A stretch of DNA of 32,848 bases, from the sequence record NC_049390.1, one strand, 5' to 3'. Each line of letters begins with the position of its first letter. The first letter of the stretch is position 1. A program made the translations under genes and the position numbers. This DNA comes from Peduovirus P24A7b. A model generated the notes under the pieces. The model saw only the letters and a program-made list of their open reading frames with translations, searched no databases and was not told the DNA's origin. This document shows, piece after piece, positions 1 to 9,436 of this stretch.

Positions 1-19
1 GGCGAGGCGGGGAAAGCAC
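1..19 (+). other. Putative cos cohesive end (19 nt, GGCGAGGCGGGGAAAGCAC)
   Basis: Matches the P2 cohesive-end sequence as I recall it; sits immediately outside portal gene Q, where cos lies in P2. Recalled from memory, not verified. Confidence 0.5.
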
Positions 20-161
20 TGCGCGCTGGCGGTGGTGCTGATTTTATTTTTTCAGCGTCTGAGCGCGTCGTGACGGCGTTTAGATTGTTCGCCGGGGCGT
101 TGGTGTGTCTGCGGGATGTTTTGTGCGGTGGTGAGCGTGTGAGGGCGTGATGGCGGGTTGT

Positions 162-183
162 AAAAAAGCCGCCCGCAGGCGGC
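162..183 (-). terminator. Intrinsic terminator downstream of Q (leftward transcript)
   Basis: On the minus strand, GCCGCC-tgcg-GGCGGC hairpin (plus 168-183) followed by a T6 run (plus A-run 162-167), directly after the Q stop codon at 189-191. Confidence 0.6.
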
Positions 184-188
184 GATGT

Positions 189-1223
189 TCAGCCGTTGTC
201 AGTGTCCAGTGAGTAGTTTTTAAAGCGGATGACCTCCTGACCGAGCCAGCCGTTTATCTCGCGGATCCTGTCCTGTAGCGGGATAAGCTCATTGCGGACA
301 AAGACCTTTGCCACTTTCTCAATATCACCCAGCGACCCGACGTTCTCCGGCTTGCCGCCCATCAACTGAAAGGGGATGCGGTGCGCGTCCAGCAGGTCAG
401 CGGCGCTGGCTTTTTTGATATTAAAAAAATCGTCCTTCGTTGCCACTTCACTGAGCGGGATAATTTTAATGCCGTCGGCTTTTCCCTGTGGGGCGTAGAG
501 AAACAGGTTTTTAAAGTTGTTGCGGCCTTTCGACTTCACCATGTTTTCGCGAAGCATTTCGATATCGTTGCGATCCTGCACGGCATCGGTGACGTACATG
601 ATATATCCGGCATGAGCGCCGTTTTCGTAATACTTGCGGCGGAACAGCGTGGCCGACTCATTCAGCCAGGCAGAGTTAAGGGCGCTGAGATATTCCGGCA
701 GGCCGTACAGCTCCTGATTAATATCCGGCTCCAGCAGGTGAAACACGGAGCCGGGCGTGAAAGCTGTCGGCTCGTTGAAGGACGGCACCCACCAGTAAAC
801 ATCCTCTTCCACACCACGGCGGGTATATTTTGCCGGTGAGGTTTCCAGTCTGATGACCTTACCGGTGGTGCTGTAACGCTTTTCCAGAAACGCATTACCG
901 AACACCAGAAAATCCAGCACAAAGCGGCTGAAATCCTGCTGGGAAAGCCACGGATGCGGGATAAATGTCGAGGCCAGAATATTGCGTTTGACGTAAATCG
1001 GGGAGCTGTGATGCACGGCAGCACGCAGGCTTTTTGCCAGACCGGTAAAGCTGACCGGTGGCTCATACCATCTGCCGTTACTGATGCACTCAACGTAATC
1101 CAGAATGTCACGGCGGTCGAGTACCGGCACCGGCTCACCAAAGGTGAATGCCGCCATTTTCGGGGCGCTGGCGGTCATTGTTTTTGCCGCAGGTTGCGGT
1201 GTTTTCCCTTTTTTCTTGCTCAT
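189..1223 (-). CDS. Q: Portal (capsid portal) protein
   Basis: 344-aa ORF; sequence and length match P2 gpQ as recalled; adjacent to and co-oriented with terminase P, overlapping it by 1 nt. Confidence 0.93.
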   Translation of the reverse strand: MSKKKGKTPQPAAKTMTASAPKMAAFTFGEPVPVLDRRDILDYVECISNGRWYEPPVSFTGLAKSLRAAVHHSSPIYVKRNILASTFIPHPWLSQQDFSRFVLDFLVFGNAFLEKRYSTTGKVIRLETSPAKYTRRGVEEDVYWWVPSFNEPTAFTPGSVFHLLEPDINQELYGLPEYLSALNSAWLNESATLFRRKYYENGAHAGYIMYVTDAVQDRNDIEMLRENMVKSKGRNNFKNLFLYAPQGKADGIKIIPLSEVATKDDFFNIKKASAADLLDAHRIPFQLMGGKPENVGSLGDIEKVAKVFVRNELIPLQDRIREINGWLGQEVIRFKNYSLDTDNG

Positions 1224-2995
1224 CAGTAAAACTCCAGAATGGTGGATGTCAGCGGGGTGCTGATACCGGCGGTGAGTGGCTCATTTAACAGGGCGTGCAT
1301 GGTCGCCCAGGCGAGGTCGGCATGGCTGGCTTCCTCGCTGCGGCTGGCCTCATAGGTGGCGCTGCGTCCGCTGCTGGTCATGGTCTTGCGGATAGCCATG
1401 AACGAGCTGGTGATGTCGGTGGCGCTGACGTCATATTCCAGACAGCCACGGCGGATAACGTCTTTTGCCTTGAGCACCATTGCGGTTTTCATTTCCGGCG
1501 TGTAGCGGATATCGCGCGCGGCGGGATAGAACGAGCGCACGAGCTGGAACACGCCGACACCGAGGCCGGTGGCATCAATTCCGATGTATTCAACGTTGTA
1601 TTTTTCGGTGAGTTTGCGGATGGATTCCGCCTGTGTGGCAAAGTCCATGCCTTTCCACTGGTGACGCTCAAGTATTCTGAATTTGCCACCGGCCACCACC
1701 GGCGGTGCCAGTACCACGCATCCGGCGCTGTCGCCACGGTGTGACGGGTCGTAACCAATCCAGACCGGGCGGGAGCCGAACGGATTAGCGGCAAACGGCG
1801 CATAGTCTTCCCATTCTTCCAGCGTGTCGACCATGCAGCGTTGCAGCTCCTCGAACGGGAACACCGACGCCTTGTCGTCAACAAATTCACACATGAACAG
1901 GTTTTTAAAATCGTCGGCGCTGTTTTCACGTTTGAGCTGCTCAATGTCGAACAGCGTGCAGCCGCCTTTCAGGGCGTCCTCAATGGTGACAATCTGCCGC
2001 CACTGGCCGTCCGCACAGAGAAGCCCACCGGCAAGGGCGTTATGACTGACGTCGATTTCCACGCGTTCAGCGGCGCTGGCGCGTCCCCGGTTAAACAGTT
2101 CACCCGACCAGAACGGGTAGGCGTCGTGCGCCAGCGTGGACGGGGTGGAGAAATAGGTCGAACGCAGGTGACTCTGTGAGGCCATACCTGATGCCACCTT
2201 ACGCAGTACCTGAAAATTCGGGATCCAGAAAATCTCATCGACGTACAGGTCGCCGTTATGGCTCTGTGCGGTGTTGGAGTTGGTGCCGAGAAAAATCAGT
2301 TTTGCGCCGTTATTGCCCAGGACAATCGGGTCACCGGTCAGGTCAACGTCAACCAGCCGGGCAAAGGCGATGATGTATTCACGGAACACATACGCCTGCG
2401 TTTTACTGGCCGACAGAAAAATCTGGTTATGGCCGGTTTTCAGGGCGCGCAGCAGCGCCTCGCGGGAAAAATAAAACGTCGCGCCAATCTGACGGGATTT
2501 CAGGATATCGCGGATGCGGTGCTCAAGCCCGGCGCGATACCAGTGCAACTGATATTCGAAAGACTGCTCAAAGAAAATCTGCTCCAGCTTTTCGATGGCC
2601 TCGTCACTGAAAAAATTCTTTTTCGGTTTGCGACGCCCGCCTTTGTTGCGGTTAGCGACGTTCGGATTAAGGTCTGCCTCGTTGCCGGTCTGGCTGTAGC
2701 GGTTGACCCGTGCCAGTCGTTCAATCTGGCGTCCCAGCAGGTCAATTTCCTTGAAGTCACTGCCGGTTTTCTGCGGTTTGATGATGAGCTGGGTCAGCCG
2801 CGCTTCCAGACTCATTTCGACACGGCTGATGGGGGCAACGCTGTCCCAGCCGTCGCGCTGTTTCCAGCTCTGCACCGTCGGGCGTTTCATCTGCAACATG
2901 GCGGCAATCTGCGGCACGGAAAACCCCTGCCAGTACAGCAGCGCCGCCTGACGACGCGGGTCGTGTAAAAGAGTGGTGTCTGTGGTGATGGTCAT
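1223..2995 (-). CDS. P: Terminase large (ATPase) subunit
   Basis: ORF-track start at 3025 is a TTG; trimmed to the ATG at 2995 (MTITTDTTLLHDPRRQ..., AGGT Shine-Dalgarno 5 nt upstream), giving 590 aa as for P2 gpP. Confidence 0.93.
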   Translation of the reverse strand: MTITTDTTLLHDPRRQAALLYWQGFSVPQIAAMLQMKRPTVQSWKQRDGWDSVAPISRVEMSLEARLTQLIIKPQKTGSDFKEIDLLGRQIERLARVNRYSQTGNEADLNPNVANRNKGGRRKPKKNFFSDEAIEKLEQIFFEQSFEYQLHWYRAGLEHRIRDILKSRQIGATFYFSREALLRALKTGHNQIFLSASKTQAYVFREYIIAFARLVDVDLTGDPIVLGNNGAKLIFLGTNSNTAQSHNGDLYVDEIFWIPNFQVLRKVASGMASQSHLRSTYFSTPSTLAHDAYPFWSGELFNRGRASAAERVEIDVSHNALAGGLLCADGQWRQIVTIEDALKGGCTLFDIEQLKRENSADDFKNLFMCEFVDDKASVFPFEELQRCMVDTLEEWEDYAPFAANPFGSRPVWIGYDPSHRGDSAGCVVLAPPVVAGGKFRILERHQWKGMDFATQAESIRKLTEKYNVEYIGIDATGLGVGVFQLVRSFYPAARDIRYTPEMKTAMVLKAKDVIRRGCLEYDVSATDITSSFMAIRKTMTSSGRSATYEASRSEEASHADLAWATMHALLNEPLTAGISTPLTSTILEFY

Positions 2996-3168
2996 GAATA
3001 CCTCGCCGTGATGAATACACGGCAAGGCTACTGAGTCGCGCCCCGCGATTCGCTAAGGTGCTGTTGTGTCAGTGATAAGCCATCCGGGACTGATGGCGGA
3101 GGATGCGCATCGTCGGGAAACTGATGCCGACATGTGACTCCTCTAATCACTATTCAGGACTCCTGACA
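2996..3168. promoter_or_regulatory. Divergent late-promoter region (P2 PP leftward / PO rightward equivalents)
   Basis: 173-bp intergenic region between divergent P and O genes; in P2 this interval carries the Ogr-dependent PP and PO promoters. Placed by synteny; exact elements not resolved (only a partial dyad TGTGA-N9-TCAC at 3133-3150). Confidence 0.45.
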
Positions 3169-4023
3169 ATGGCAAAAAAAGTCTCAAAATTCTTTCGTAT
3201 CGGCGTTGAGGGTGACACCTGTGACGGGCGTGTCATCAGTGCGCAGGATATTCAGGAAATGGCCGAAACCTTTGACCCGCGTGTCTATGGTTGCCGCATT
3301 AACCTGGAACATCTGCGCGGCATCCTGCCTGACGGTATTTTTAAACGTTATGGCGATGTGGCCGAACTGAAGGCCGAAAAGATTGACGATGATTCGGCGC
3401 TGAAAGGCAAATGGGCGCTGTTTGCGAAAATCACCCCGACCGATGACCTTATCGCGATGAACAAGGCCGCGCAGAAGGTCTACACCTCAATGGAAATTCA
3501 GCCGAACTTTGCCAACACCGGCAAATGTTATCTGGTGGGGCTGGCCGTCACCGATGACCCGGCAAGCCTCGGCACGGAATACCTGGAATTCTGCCGCACG
3601 GCAAAACACAACCCTCTGAACCGCTTCAAATTAAGCCCTGAAAACCTGATTTCAGTGGCAACGCCCGTTGAGCTGGAATTTGAAGACCTGCCTGAAACCG
3701 TGTTCACCGCCCTGACCGAAAAGGTGAAATCCATTTTTGGCCGCAAACAGGCCAGCGATGACGCCCGTCTGAATGACGTGCATGAAGCGGTGACCGCTGT
3801 CGCTGAACATGTGCAGGAAAAACTGAGTGCCACTGAGCAACGCCTTGCTGAGATGGAAACCGCCTTTTCCGCACTTAAGCAGGATGTAGCTGACAGGGCG
3901 GATGAAACCAGCCAGGCATTCACCCGCCTGAAAAACAGTCTCGACCACACCGAAAGTCTGACCCAGCAGCGCCGCAGCAAGGCCACCGGCGGTGGCGGTG
4001 ACGCCCTGATGACGAACTGCTGA
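3169..4023 (+). CDS. O: Capsid scaffolding protein
   Basis: Trimmed to ATG at 3169 (MAKKVSKFFRIGVEG...), 284 aa as for P2 gpO; followed by the major capsid gene. Confidence 0.92.
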   Translation: MAKKVSKFFRIGVEGDTCDGRVISAQDIQEMAETFDPRVYGCRINLEHLRGILPDGIFKRYGDVAELKAEKIDDDSALKGKWALFAKITPTDDLIAMNKAAQKVYTSMEIQPNFANTGKCYLVGLAVTDDPASLGTEYLEFCRTAKHNPLNRFKLSPENLISVATPVELEFEDLPETVFTALTEKVKSIFGRKQASDDARLNDVHEAVTAVAEHVQEKLSATEQRLAEMETAFSALKQDVADRADETSQAFTRLKNSLDHTESLTQQRRSKATGGGGDALMTNC

Positions 4024-4077
4024 CCGGCGTCAGTCCGGGAAAACCTTCACGATTAACCCTTAATTTCAGGAAAAACT

Positions 4078-5151
4078 ATGCGCCAGGAAACCCGCTTTAA
4101 ATTTAATGCCTATCTGTCCCGTGTTGCCGAACTGAACGGCATCGACGCCGGTGATGTGTCGAAAAAATTCACCGTTGAACCGTCGGTCACCCAGACCCTG
4201 ATGAACACCATGCAGGAGTCCTCTGATTTTCTGACCCGCATCAACATTGTGCCGGTCAGCGAAATGAAAGGGGAAAAAATTGGTATTGGTGTCACCGGCT
4301 CCATCGCCAGCACCACCGACACCGCCGGTGGCACCGAGCGTCAGCCGAAGGACTTCTCGAAGCTGGCGTCAAACAAGTACGAATGCGACCAGATTAACTT
4401 CGATTTTTATATCCGCTACAAAACGCTGGACCTGTGGGCGCGTTATCAGGATTTCCAGCTCCGTGTCCGTAACGCCATTATCAAACGCCAGTCCCTTGAT
4501 TTAATCATGGCCGGTTTTAACGGCGTGAGGCGTGCCGAAACCTCTGACCGCAGCAGCAATCCGATGCTGCAGGATGTGGCGGTCGGCTGGCTGCAGAAAT
4601 ACCGCAATGAAGCCCCGGCGCGCGTGATGAGCAAGGTCACTGACGAGGAAGGGCACACCACCTCTGAGGTTATCCGCGTGGGTAAGGGCGGTGATTATGT
4701 AAGCCTCGACGCACTGGTGATGGATGCGACCAACAACCTGATTGAACCGTGGTATCAGGAAGACCCTGACCTTGTGGTGATTGTGGGGCGTCAGCTACTG
4801 GCGGACAAGTATTTCCCCATCGTTAACAAGGAGCAGGACAACAGCGAAATGCTGGCCGCTGACGTCATCATCAGCCAGAAACGCATCGGTAACCTGCCAG
4901 CGGTACGCGTCCCGTACTTCCCGGCGGATGCGATGCTCATCACGAAGCTGGAAAACCTGTCCATCTACTACATGGATGACAGCCATCGCCGCGTGATTGT
5001 GGAAAACCCGAAACTCGACCGCGTGGAGAACTACGAGTCAATGAACATTGATTACGTGGTGGAAGACTACGCCGCCGGTTGTCTGGTGGAAAAAATCAAG
5101 GTCGGTGATTTCTCCACACCGGCTAAGGCGACTGCAGAGCCGGGAGCGTAA
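4078..5151 (+). CDS. N: Major capsid protein
   Basis: 357 aa, MRQETRFKFNAYLSRVAELNG...; matches P2 gpN in sequence, length and position. Confidence 0.95.
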   Translation: MRQETRFKFNAYLSRVAELNGIDAGDVSKKFTVEPSVTQTLMNTMQESSDFLTRINIVPVSEMKGEKIGIGVTGSIASTTDTAGGTERQPKDFSKLASNKYECDQINFDFYIRYKTLDLWARYQDFQLRVRNAIIKRQSLDLIMAGFNGVRRAETSDRSSNPMLQDVAVGWLQKYRNEAPARVMSKVTDEEGHTTSEVIRVGKGGDYVSLDALVMDATNNLIEPWYQEDPDLVVIVGRQLLADKYFPIVNKEQDNSEMLAADVIISQKRIGNLPAVRVPYFPADAMLITKLENLSIYYMDDSHRRVIVENPKLDRVENYESMNIDYVVEDYAAGCLVEKIKVGDFSTPAKATAEPGA

Positions 5152-5154
5152 CCG

Positions 5155-5898
5155 ATGACGAGTCCCGCACAGCGCCACATGATGCGGGTCTCGGCAGCGA
5201 TGACCGCGCAGCGGGAAGCCGCCCCGCTGCGACATGCAACTGTCTATGAGCAGATGCTGGTCAAGCTGGCCGCAGACCAGCGCACACTGAAAGCGATTTA
5301 TTCAAAAGAGCTTAAGGCCGCGAAAAAGCGCGAACTGCTGCCGTTCTGGTTGCCGTGGGTGAACGGTGTGCTGGAGCAGGGCAAAGGTGCACAGGATGAC
5401 ATTCTGATGACGGTCATGCTGTGGCGTCTGGATACCGGCGATATTGCCGGTGCGCTGGAGATTGCCCGTTATGCCCTGAAGTACGGTCTGACCATGCCGG
5501 GTAAACACCGCCGCACCCCGCCGTACATGTTCACCGAGGAGGTCGCACTCGCGGCCATGCGCGCTCACGCTGCCGGTGAATCTGTGGATATCCGCCTGCT
5601 GACGGAGACCCTTGAACTGACCGCCACGGCTGACATGCCTGATGAAGTGCGCGCAAAGCTGCACAAAATCACCGGTCTGTTTCTGCGTGACGCTGGTGAT
5701 GCCGCAGGGGCGCTGGCGCACCTGCAACGCGCGACACTGCTCGACTGTCAGGCAGGCGTCAAAAAAGAGATTGAACGACTGGAGCGGGAGCTGAAACCGA
5801 AGCCGGAGCCGCAGCCCAAAGCGGCCACCCGTACCCCGCGTAAGACCCGGAGCGTGACACCGGCAAAACGTGGACGCCCGAAAAAGAAAGCCAGTTAA
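5155..5898 (+). CDS. M: Terminase small (endonuclease) subunit
   Basis: 247 aa with basic K/R/P-rich C-terminus; matches P2 gpM length and position. Confidence 0.92.
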   Translation: MTSPAQRHMMRVSAAMTAQREAAPLRHATVYEQMLVKLAADQRTLKAIYSKELKAAKKRELLPFWLPWVNGVLEQGKGAQDDILMTVMLWRLDTGDIAGALEIARYALKYGLTMPGKHRRTPPYMFTEEVALAAMRAHAAGESVDIRLLTETLELTATADMPDEVRAKLHKITGLFLRDAGDAAGALAHLQRATLLDCQAGVKKEIERLERELKPKPEPQPKAATRTPRKTRSVTPAKRGRPKKKAS

Positions 5899-5997
5899 CA
5901 ACCGAATGCGCCCCGCGCCAGGGCGGCACGCCGGTCAGTGAGGGTGAATCACCTGACACTGTACCGGCGTCCACCGCCCGACTTTTCAGAGGTAGTC

Positions 5998-6507
5998 ATG
6001 ATGACGCTGATTATTCCGCGAAAGGAGGCTCCTGTATCCGGTGAGGGTACGGTGGTCATCCCGCAACCGGCAGGCGACGAGCCGGTGATTAAAAACACGT
6101 TCTTTTTTCCCGATATCGACCCGAAGCGCGTCCGGGAACGTATGCGCCTTGAGCAGACCGTCGCCCCCGCCCGTCTGCGTGAGGCCATCAAGTCAGGCAT
6201 GGCGGAGACGAATGCGGAGCTGTACGAGTACCGCGAACAGAAAATTGCCGCCGGTTTTACGCGTCTGGCGAACGTCCCGGCGGACGATATCGACGGTGAA
6301 AGCATCAAAGTTTTTTACTACGAGCGCGCCGTGTGTGCGATGGCGACCGCGTCGCTTTATGAGCGTTATCGCGGCGTGGATGCCAGTGCGAAAGGCGACA
6401 AGAAGGCCGACAGCATAGACAGCACCATTGATGAGCTGTGGCGGGATATGCGCTGGGCGGTGGCGCGTATCCAGGACAAGCCGCGCTGCATCGTGAGTCA
6501 AATCTGA
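5998..6507 (+). CDS. L: Head completion/stabilisation protein
   Basis: Trimmed to ATG at 5998 (MMTLIIPRKEAP...), 169 aa as for P2 gpL. Confidence 0.9.
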   Translation: MMTLIIPRKEAPVSGEGTVVIPQPAGDEPVIKNTFFFPDIDPKRVRERMRLEQTVAPARLREAIKSGMAETNAELYEYREQKIAAGFTRLANVPADDIDGESIKVFYYERAVCAMATASLYERYRGVDASAKGDKKADSIDSTIDELWRDMRWAVARIQDKPRCIVSQI

Positions 6508-6710
6508 TGAAGACCTTTGCGCTACAGGGCGACACGCTCGACGCCATTTGTGTCCGGTATTACGGGCGCACTGAGGGCGTGGTTGAGACTGTGCTCGCCG
6601 CAAATCCGGGACTGGCTGAACTGGGGGCGGTGCTGCCACACGGCACCGCCGTCGAACTGCCTGACGTTCAGACCGCGCCCGTGGCTGAAACTGTCAATCT
6701 GTGGGAGTAA
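6507..6710 (+). CDS. X: Tail protein X (LysM-like small protein)
   Basis: Trimmed to ATG at 6507 (MKTFALQGDTLDAICVRYYG...), 67 aa as for P2 gpX; TGATG overlap with the L stop. Confidence 0.85.
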   Translation: MKTFALQGDTLDAICVRYYGRTEGVVETVLAANPGLAELGAVLPHGTAVELPDVQTAPVAETVNLWE

Positions 6711-6713
6711 CGC

Positions 6714-6995
6714 ATGACAGCAGAAGAAAAAAGCGTCCTGTCGCTTTTCATGATTGGAGTGCTGATTGTTGTCGGCAAGGTGCTTGCCGGTGGTGAACCC
6801 ATCACCCCGCGTCTGTTTATCGGGCGCATGTTGCTCGGTGGTTTTGTCTCGATGGTTGCCGGTGTTGTTCTGGTGCAGTTTCCTGACCTGTCACTGCCTG
6901 CGGTGTGCGGCATCGGCTCCATGCTGGGTATCGCCGGTTATCAGGTGATTGAGATTGCCATTCAGCGCCGCTTTAAGGGCAGGGGGAAACAGTAA
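6714..6995 (+). CDS. Y: Holin
   Basis: 93 aa with hydrophobic segments and a charged C-terminus; position and length of P2 gpY. Confidence 0.9.
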   Translation: MTAEEKSVLSLFMIGVLIVVGKVLAGGEPITPRLFIGRMLLGGFVSMVAGVVLVQFPDLSLPAVCGIGSMLGIAGYQVIEIAIQRRFKGRGKQ

Positions 6996-7492
6996 TGCCG
7001 GTAATTAACACGCATCAGAATATCGCCGCCTTTCTCGACATGCTGGCCGTGTCCGAAGGGACGGCGAACCATCCGCTGACGAAAAACCGGGGCTATGACG
7101 TGATAGTCACCGGACTGGACGGGAAGCCGGAAATTTTCACCGACTACAGTGACCACCCGTTCGCACATGGCCGACCGGCGAAGGTGTTTAACCGTCGCGG
7201 TGAAAAATCCACGGCCTCCGGTCGCTATCAGCAGCTTTACCTGTTCTGGCCGCATTACCGCAAACAGCTTGCCCTGCCGGATTTCAGTCCGTTGTCACAG
7301 GACAGACTCGCCATTCATTTGATCCGCGAACGCGGTGCACTGGATGACATCCGGGCGGGACGCATTGAACGCGCCATTTCACGCTGTCGCAATATCTGGG
7401 CGTCCCTGCCGGGTGCCGGTTACGGTCAGCGTGAGCATTCACTGGAAAAACTGGTCACCGTCTGGCGTACCGCTGGCGGCGTACCGGCTTAA
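6995..7492 (+). CDS. K: Endolysin (lysozyme)
   Basis: 165 aa, MPVINTHQNIAAFLDMLAVSEGTANHP...; matches P2 gpK. Confidence 0.93.
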   Translation: MPVINTHQNIAAFLDMLAVSEGTANHPLTKNRGYDVIVTGLDGKPEIFTDYSDHPFAHGRPAKVFNRRGEKSTASGRYQQLYLFWPHYRKQLALPDFSPLSQDRLAIHLIRERGALDDIRAGRIERAISRCRNIWASLPGAGYGQREHSLEKLVTVWRTAGGVPA

Positions 7493-7506
7493 ACGGAGTA
7501 AACACC

Positions 7507-7932
7507 ATGAAGAAATTATCCCTTTCACTGATGCTGAACGTGTCGCTGGCGCTGATGCTGGCACTGTCCCTGATTTACCCGCAGAGCGTGGCCGTCAGTT
7601 TTGTCGCCACCTGGGCGATTCTGGCGACGGTTATCTGTGTGGTTGCCGGTGGTGTCGGCATGTATGCCACTGAGTATGTACTGGAACGCTACGGACGGGA
7701 GCTTCCGCCGGAATCGCTGGCCGTGAAGATTGTCACGTCGCTGTTTTTGCAGCCGGTGCCGTGGCGCAGGCGGGCAGCGGCTCTGGTGGTGATGGTGGCG
7801 ACGTTTATCTCGCTGGTCGCTGCCGGGTGGATTTTTACCGCACTGATTTATCTCGTGGCGTCGCTGTTCTTCCGGCTGATACGTACGGCCTGTCGTCAGC
7901 GTCTTGAGGGGCGGGAACTATGTCAAAGCTGA
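7507..7932 (+). CDS. lysA: Lysis-timing membrane protein LysA
   Basis: 141 aa, strongly hydrophobic, immediately after K as in P2. Confidence 0.8.
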   Translation: MKKLSLSLMLNVSLALMLALSLIYPQSVAVSFVATWAILATVICVVAGGVGMYATEYVLERYGRELPPESLAVKIVTSLFLQPVPWRRRAAALVVMVATFISLVAAGWIFTALIYLVASLFFRLIRTACRQRLEGRELCQS

Positions 7933-8345
7933 TGATTGTGCTGGTCGTGTTGCTATCGCTGGCGGTGGCCGGTCTGTTTCTGGCGAAGCATGAAAACGCC
8001 AGGCTGCGCGTCTCGCTGGACAGGGCGAACAACGTCGCCAGCGGGCAGCAGACGACCATCACCATGCTGAAAAACCAGCTTCATGTTGCCCTTACCAGGG
8101 CAGACAAAAACGAGCTGGCGCAGGTGGCACTGCGTCAGGAACTGGAGAACGCCGCGAAACGTGAAGCACAGCGCGAGAAAACCATCACGAGGTTACTTAA
8201 TGAAAACGAGGATTTTCGCCGCTGGTACGGCGCTGACCTGCCTGATGCTGTGCGCCGGTTGCACCAGCGTCCGGCCTGCACTGACGCCAGTGATTGTCCA
8301 CAACGCCTGCCCGAAAGTGAGCCTTTGCCCGATGCCGGGCAGTGA
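7920..8345 (+). CDS. lysB: Rz-like inner-membrane spanin LysB
   Basis: 141 aa, N-terminal TM helix followed by a charged coiled-coil-like region; P2 lysB position. Confidence 0.8.
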   Translation: MSKLMIVLVVLLSLAVAGLFLAKHENARLRVSLDRANNVASGQQTTITMLKNQLHVALTRADKNELAQVALRQELENAAKREAQREKTITRLLNENEDFRRWYGADLPDAVRRLHQRPACTDASDCPQRLPESEPLPDAGQ

Positions 8346-8490
8346 CCCGCAGACGAACGGCGATTTAAGTGCTGATATCCGGCAGCTTGAGAACGCGCTG
8401 GCGCGCTGTGCCAGCCAGGTAAAAATGATTAAACACTGTCAGGACGAAAACGATGCTCAAACCCGACAGCCTGCGCAGGGCGCTGACTGA
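8200..8490 (+). CDS. lysC: Rz1-like outer-membrane lipoprotein spanin LysC, nested in +1 frame of lysB
   Basis: ATG at 8200 inside lysB; signal peptide with lipobox LCAGC; Pro-rich; 96 aa as for P2 LysC; 3' end overlaps the R start. Confidence 0.75.
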   Translation: MKTRIFAAGTALTCLMLCAGCTSVRPALTPVIVHNACPKVSLCPMPGSDPQTNGDLSADIRQLENALARCASQVKMIKHCQDENDAQTRQPAQGAD

Positions 8491-8920
8491 TGCCGTCACG
8501 GTGCTGAAAACTAACCCCGATATGCTGCGGATATTCGTGGATAACGGGAGTATTGCCTCCACGCTGGCGGCGTCGTTGTCATTCGAAAAGCGTTACACGC
8601 TCAATGTGATTGTGACCGACTTTACCGGTGATTTTGACCTGCTCATCGTGCCGGTGCTGGCGTGGCTGCGGGAAAATCAGCCCGACATCATGACCACCGA
8701 CGAAGGCCAGAAAAAAGGTTTCACGTTTTATGCAGACATCAACAATGACAGCAGCTTTGATATCAGCATCAGCCTGATGCTGACCGAGCGCACGCTGGTC
8801 AGTGAGGTGGACGGCGCGCTGCATGTGAAGAATATCCCGGAACCCCCGCCGCCGGAGCCGGTCACTCGCCCGATGGAGCTTTATATCAATGGCGAACTGG
8901 TGAGTAAGTGGGATGAATGA
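8453..8920 (+). CDS. R: Tail completion protein R
   Basis: 155 aa, matches P2 gpR in sequence, length and position. Confidence 0.9.
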   Translation: MLKPDSLRRALTDAVTVLKTNPDMLRIFVDNGSIASTLAASLSFEKRYTLNVIVTDFTGDFDLLIVPVLAWLRENQPDIMTTDEGQKKGFTFYADINNDSSFDISISLMLTERTLVSEVDGALHVKNIPEPPPPEPVTRPMELYINGELVSKWDE

Positions 8921-9365
8921 GTTTAAGCGTTTTGAAGACCGGCTGACCGGACTGATTGAATCGCTGTCACCGTCAGGGCGTCGACGACTGAGCGCCGAAC
9001 TGGCGAAACGTCTGCGTCAGAGTCAGCAGCGTCGGGTGATGGCACAGAAAGCCCCGGACGGCACACCCTACGCGCCACGCCAGCAGCAGAGCGCCAGAAA
9101 AAAGACCGGTCGCGTTAAGCGAAAAATGTTTGCGAAACTTATCACCAGTCGTTTTTTGCATATCCGCGCCAGCCCGGAACAGGCATCAATGGAATTTTAC
9201 GGCGGGAAGTCGCCGAAAATCGCCAGTGTGCATCAGTTCGGTCTGTCGGAAGAAACCCGGAAAGACGGTAAGAAAATTGATTATCCGGCGCGTCCTCTGC
9301 TCGGCTTTACCGGTGAGGATGTGCAGATGATTGAAGAGATTATCCTGGCTCACCTTGAGCGTTAG
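8913..9365 (+). CDS. S: Tail completion protein S
   Basis: 150 aa, matches P2 gpS. Confidence 0.9.
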   Translation: MNEFKRFEDRLTGLIESLSPSGRRRLSAELAKRLRQSQQRRVMAQKAPDGTPYAPRQQQSARKKTGRVKRKMFAKLITSRFLHIRASPEQASMEFYGGKSPKIASVHQFGLSEETRKDGKKIDYPARPLLGFTGEDVQMIEEIILAHLER

Positions 9366-9394
9366 TTTTATCCAGGCAGAGGCTGATGCGCAAT

Positions 9395-9431
9395 TAAACA
9401 TTGAGCGGCCATGCTGGTCGCTCAATGTTTA
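9395..9431. terminator. Bidirectional hairpin between convergent S and moron genes
   Basis: Perfect 13-bp inverted repeat TAAACATTGAGCG / CGCTCAATGTTTA with an 11-nt loop, between the S stop (9365) and the minus-strand ORF stop (9437). U-tract is weak on both strands. Confidence 0.5.
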
Positions 9432-9436
9432 GAGGC

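Noticed and set aside
381-2968. Many ORF-track entries antisense to or out of frame with Q and P (for example 381..839 +, 662..1141 -, 1295..1744 +, 1841..2179 +, 2258..2968 +)
   Set aside because: They lie entirely within strongly supported portal and terminase genes, lack ribosome-binding sites, and are typical spurious open frames in GC-rich coding DNA.
3103-3168. N-terminal extensions in the ORF track for O (3103), P (3025), L (5938), ogr (23780), A (27855) and the ASCH-like gene (30146)
   Set aside because: Several begin at non-ATG codons without ribosome-binding sites; the internal ATGs give products matching P2 protein lengths and N-termini.
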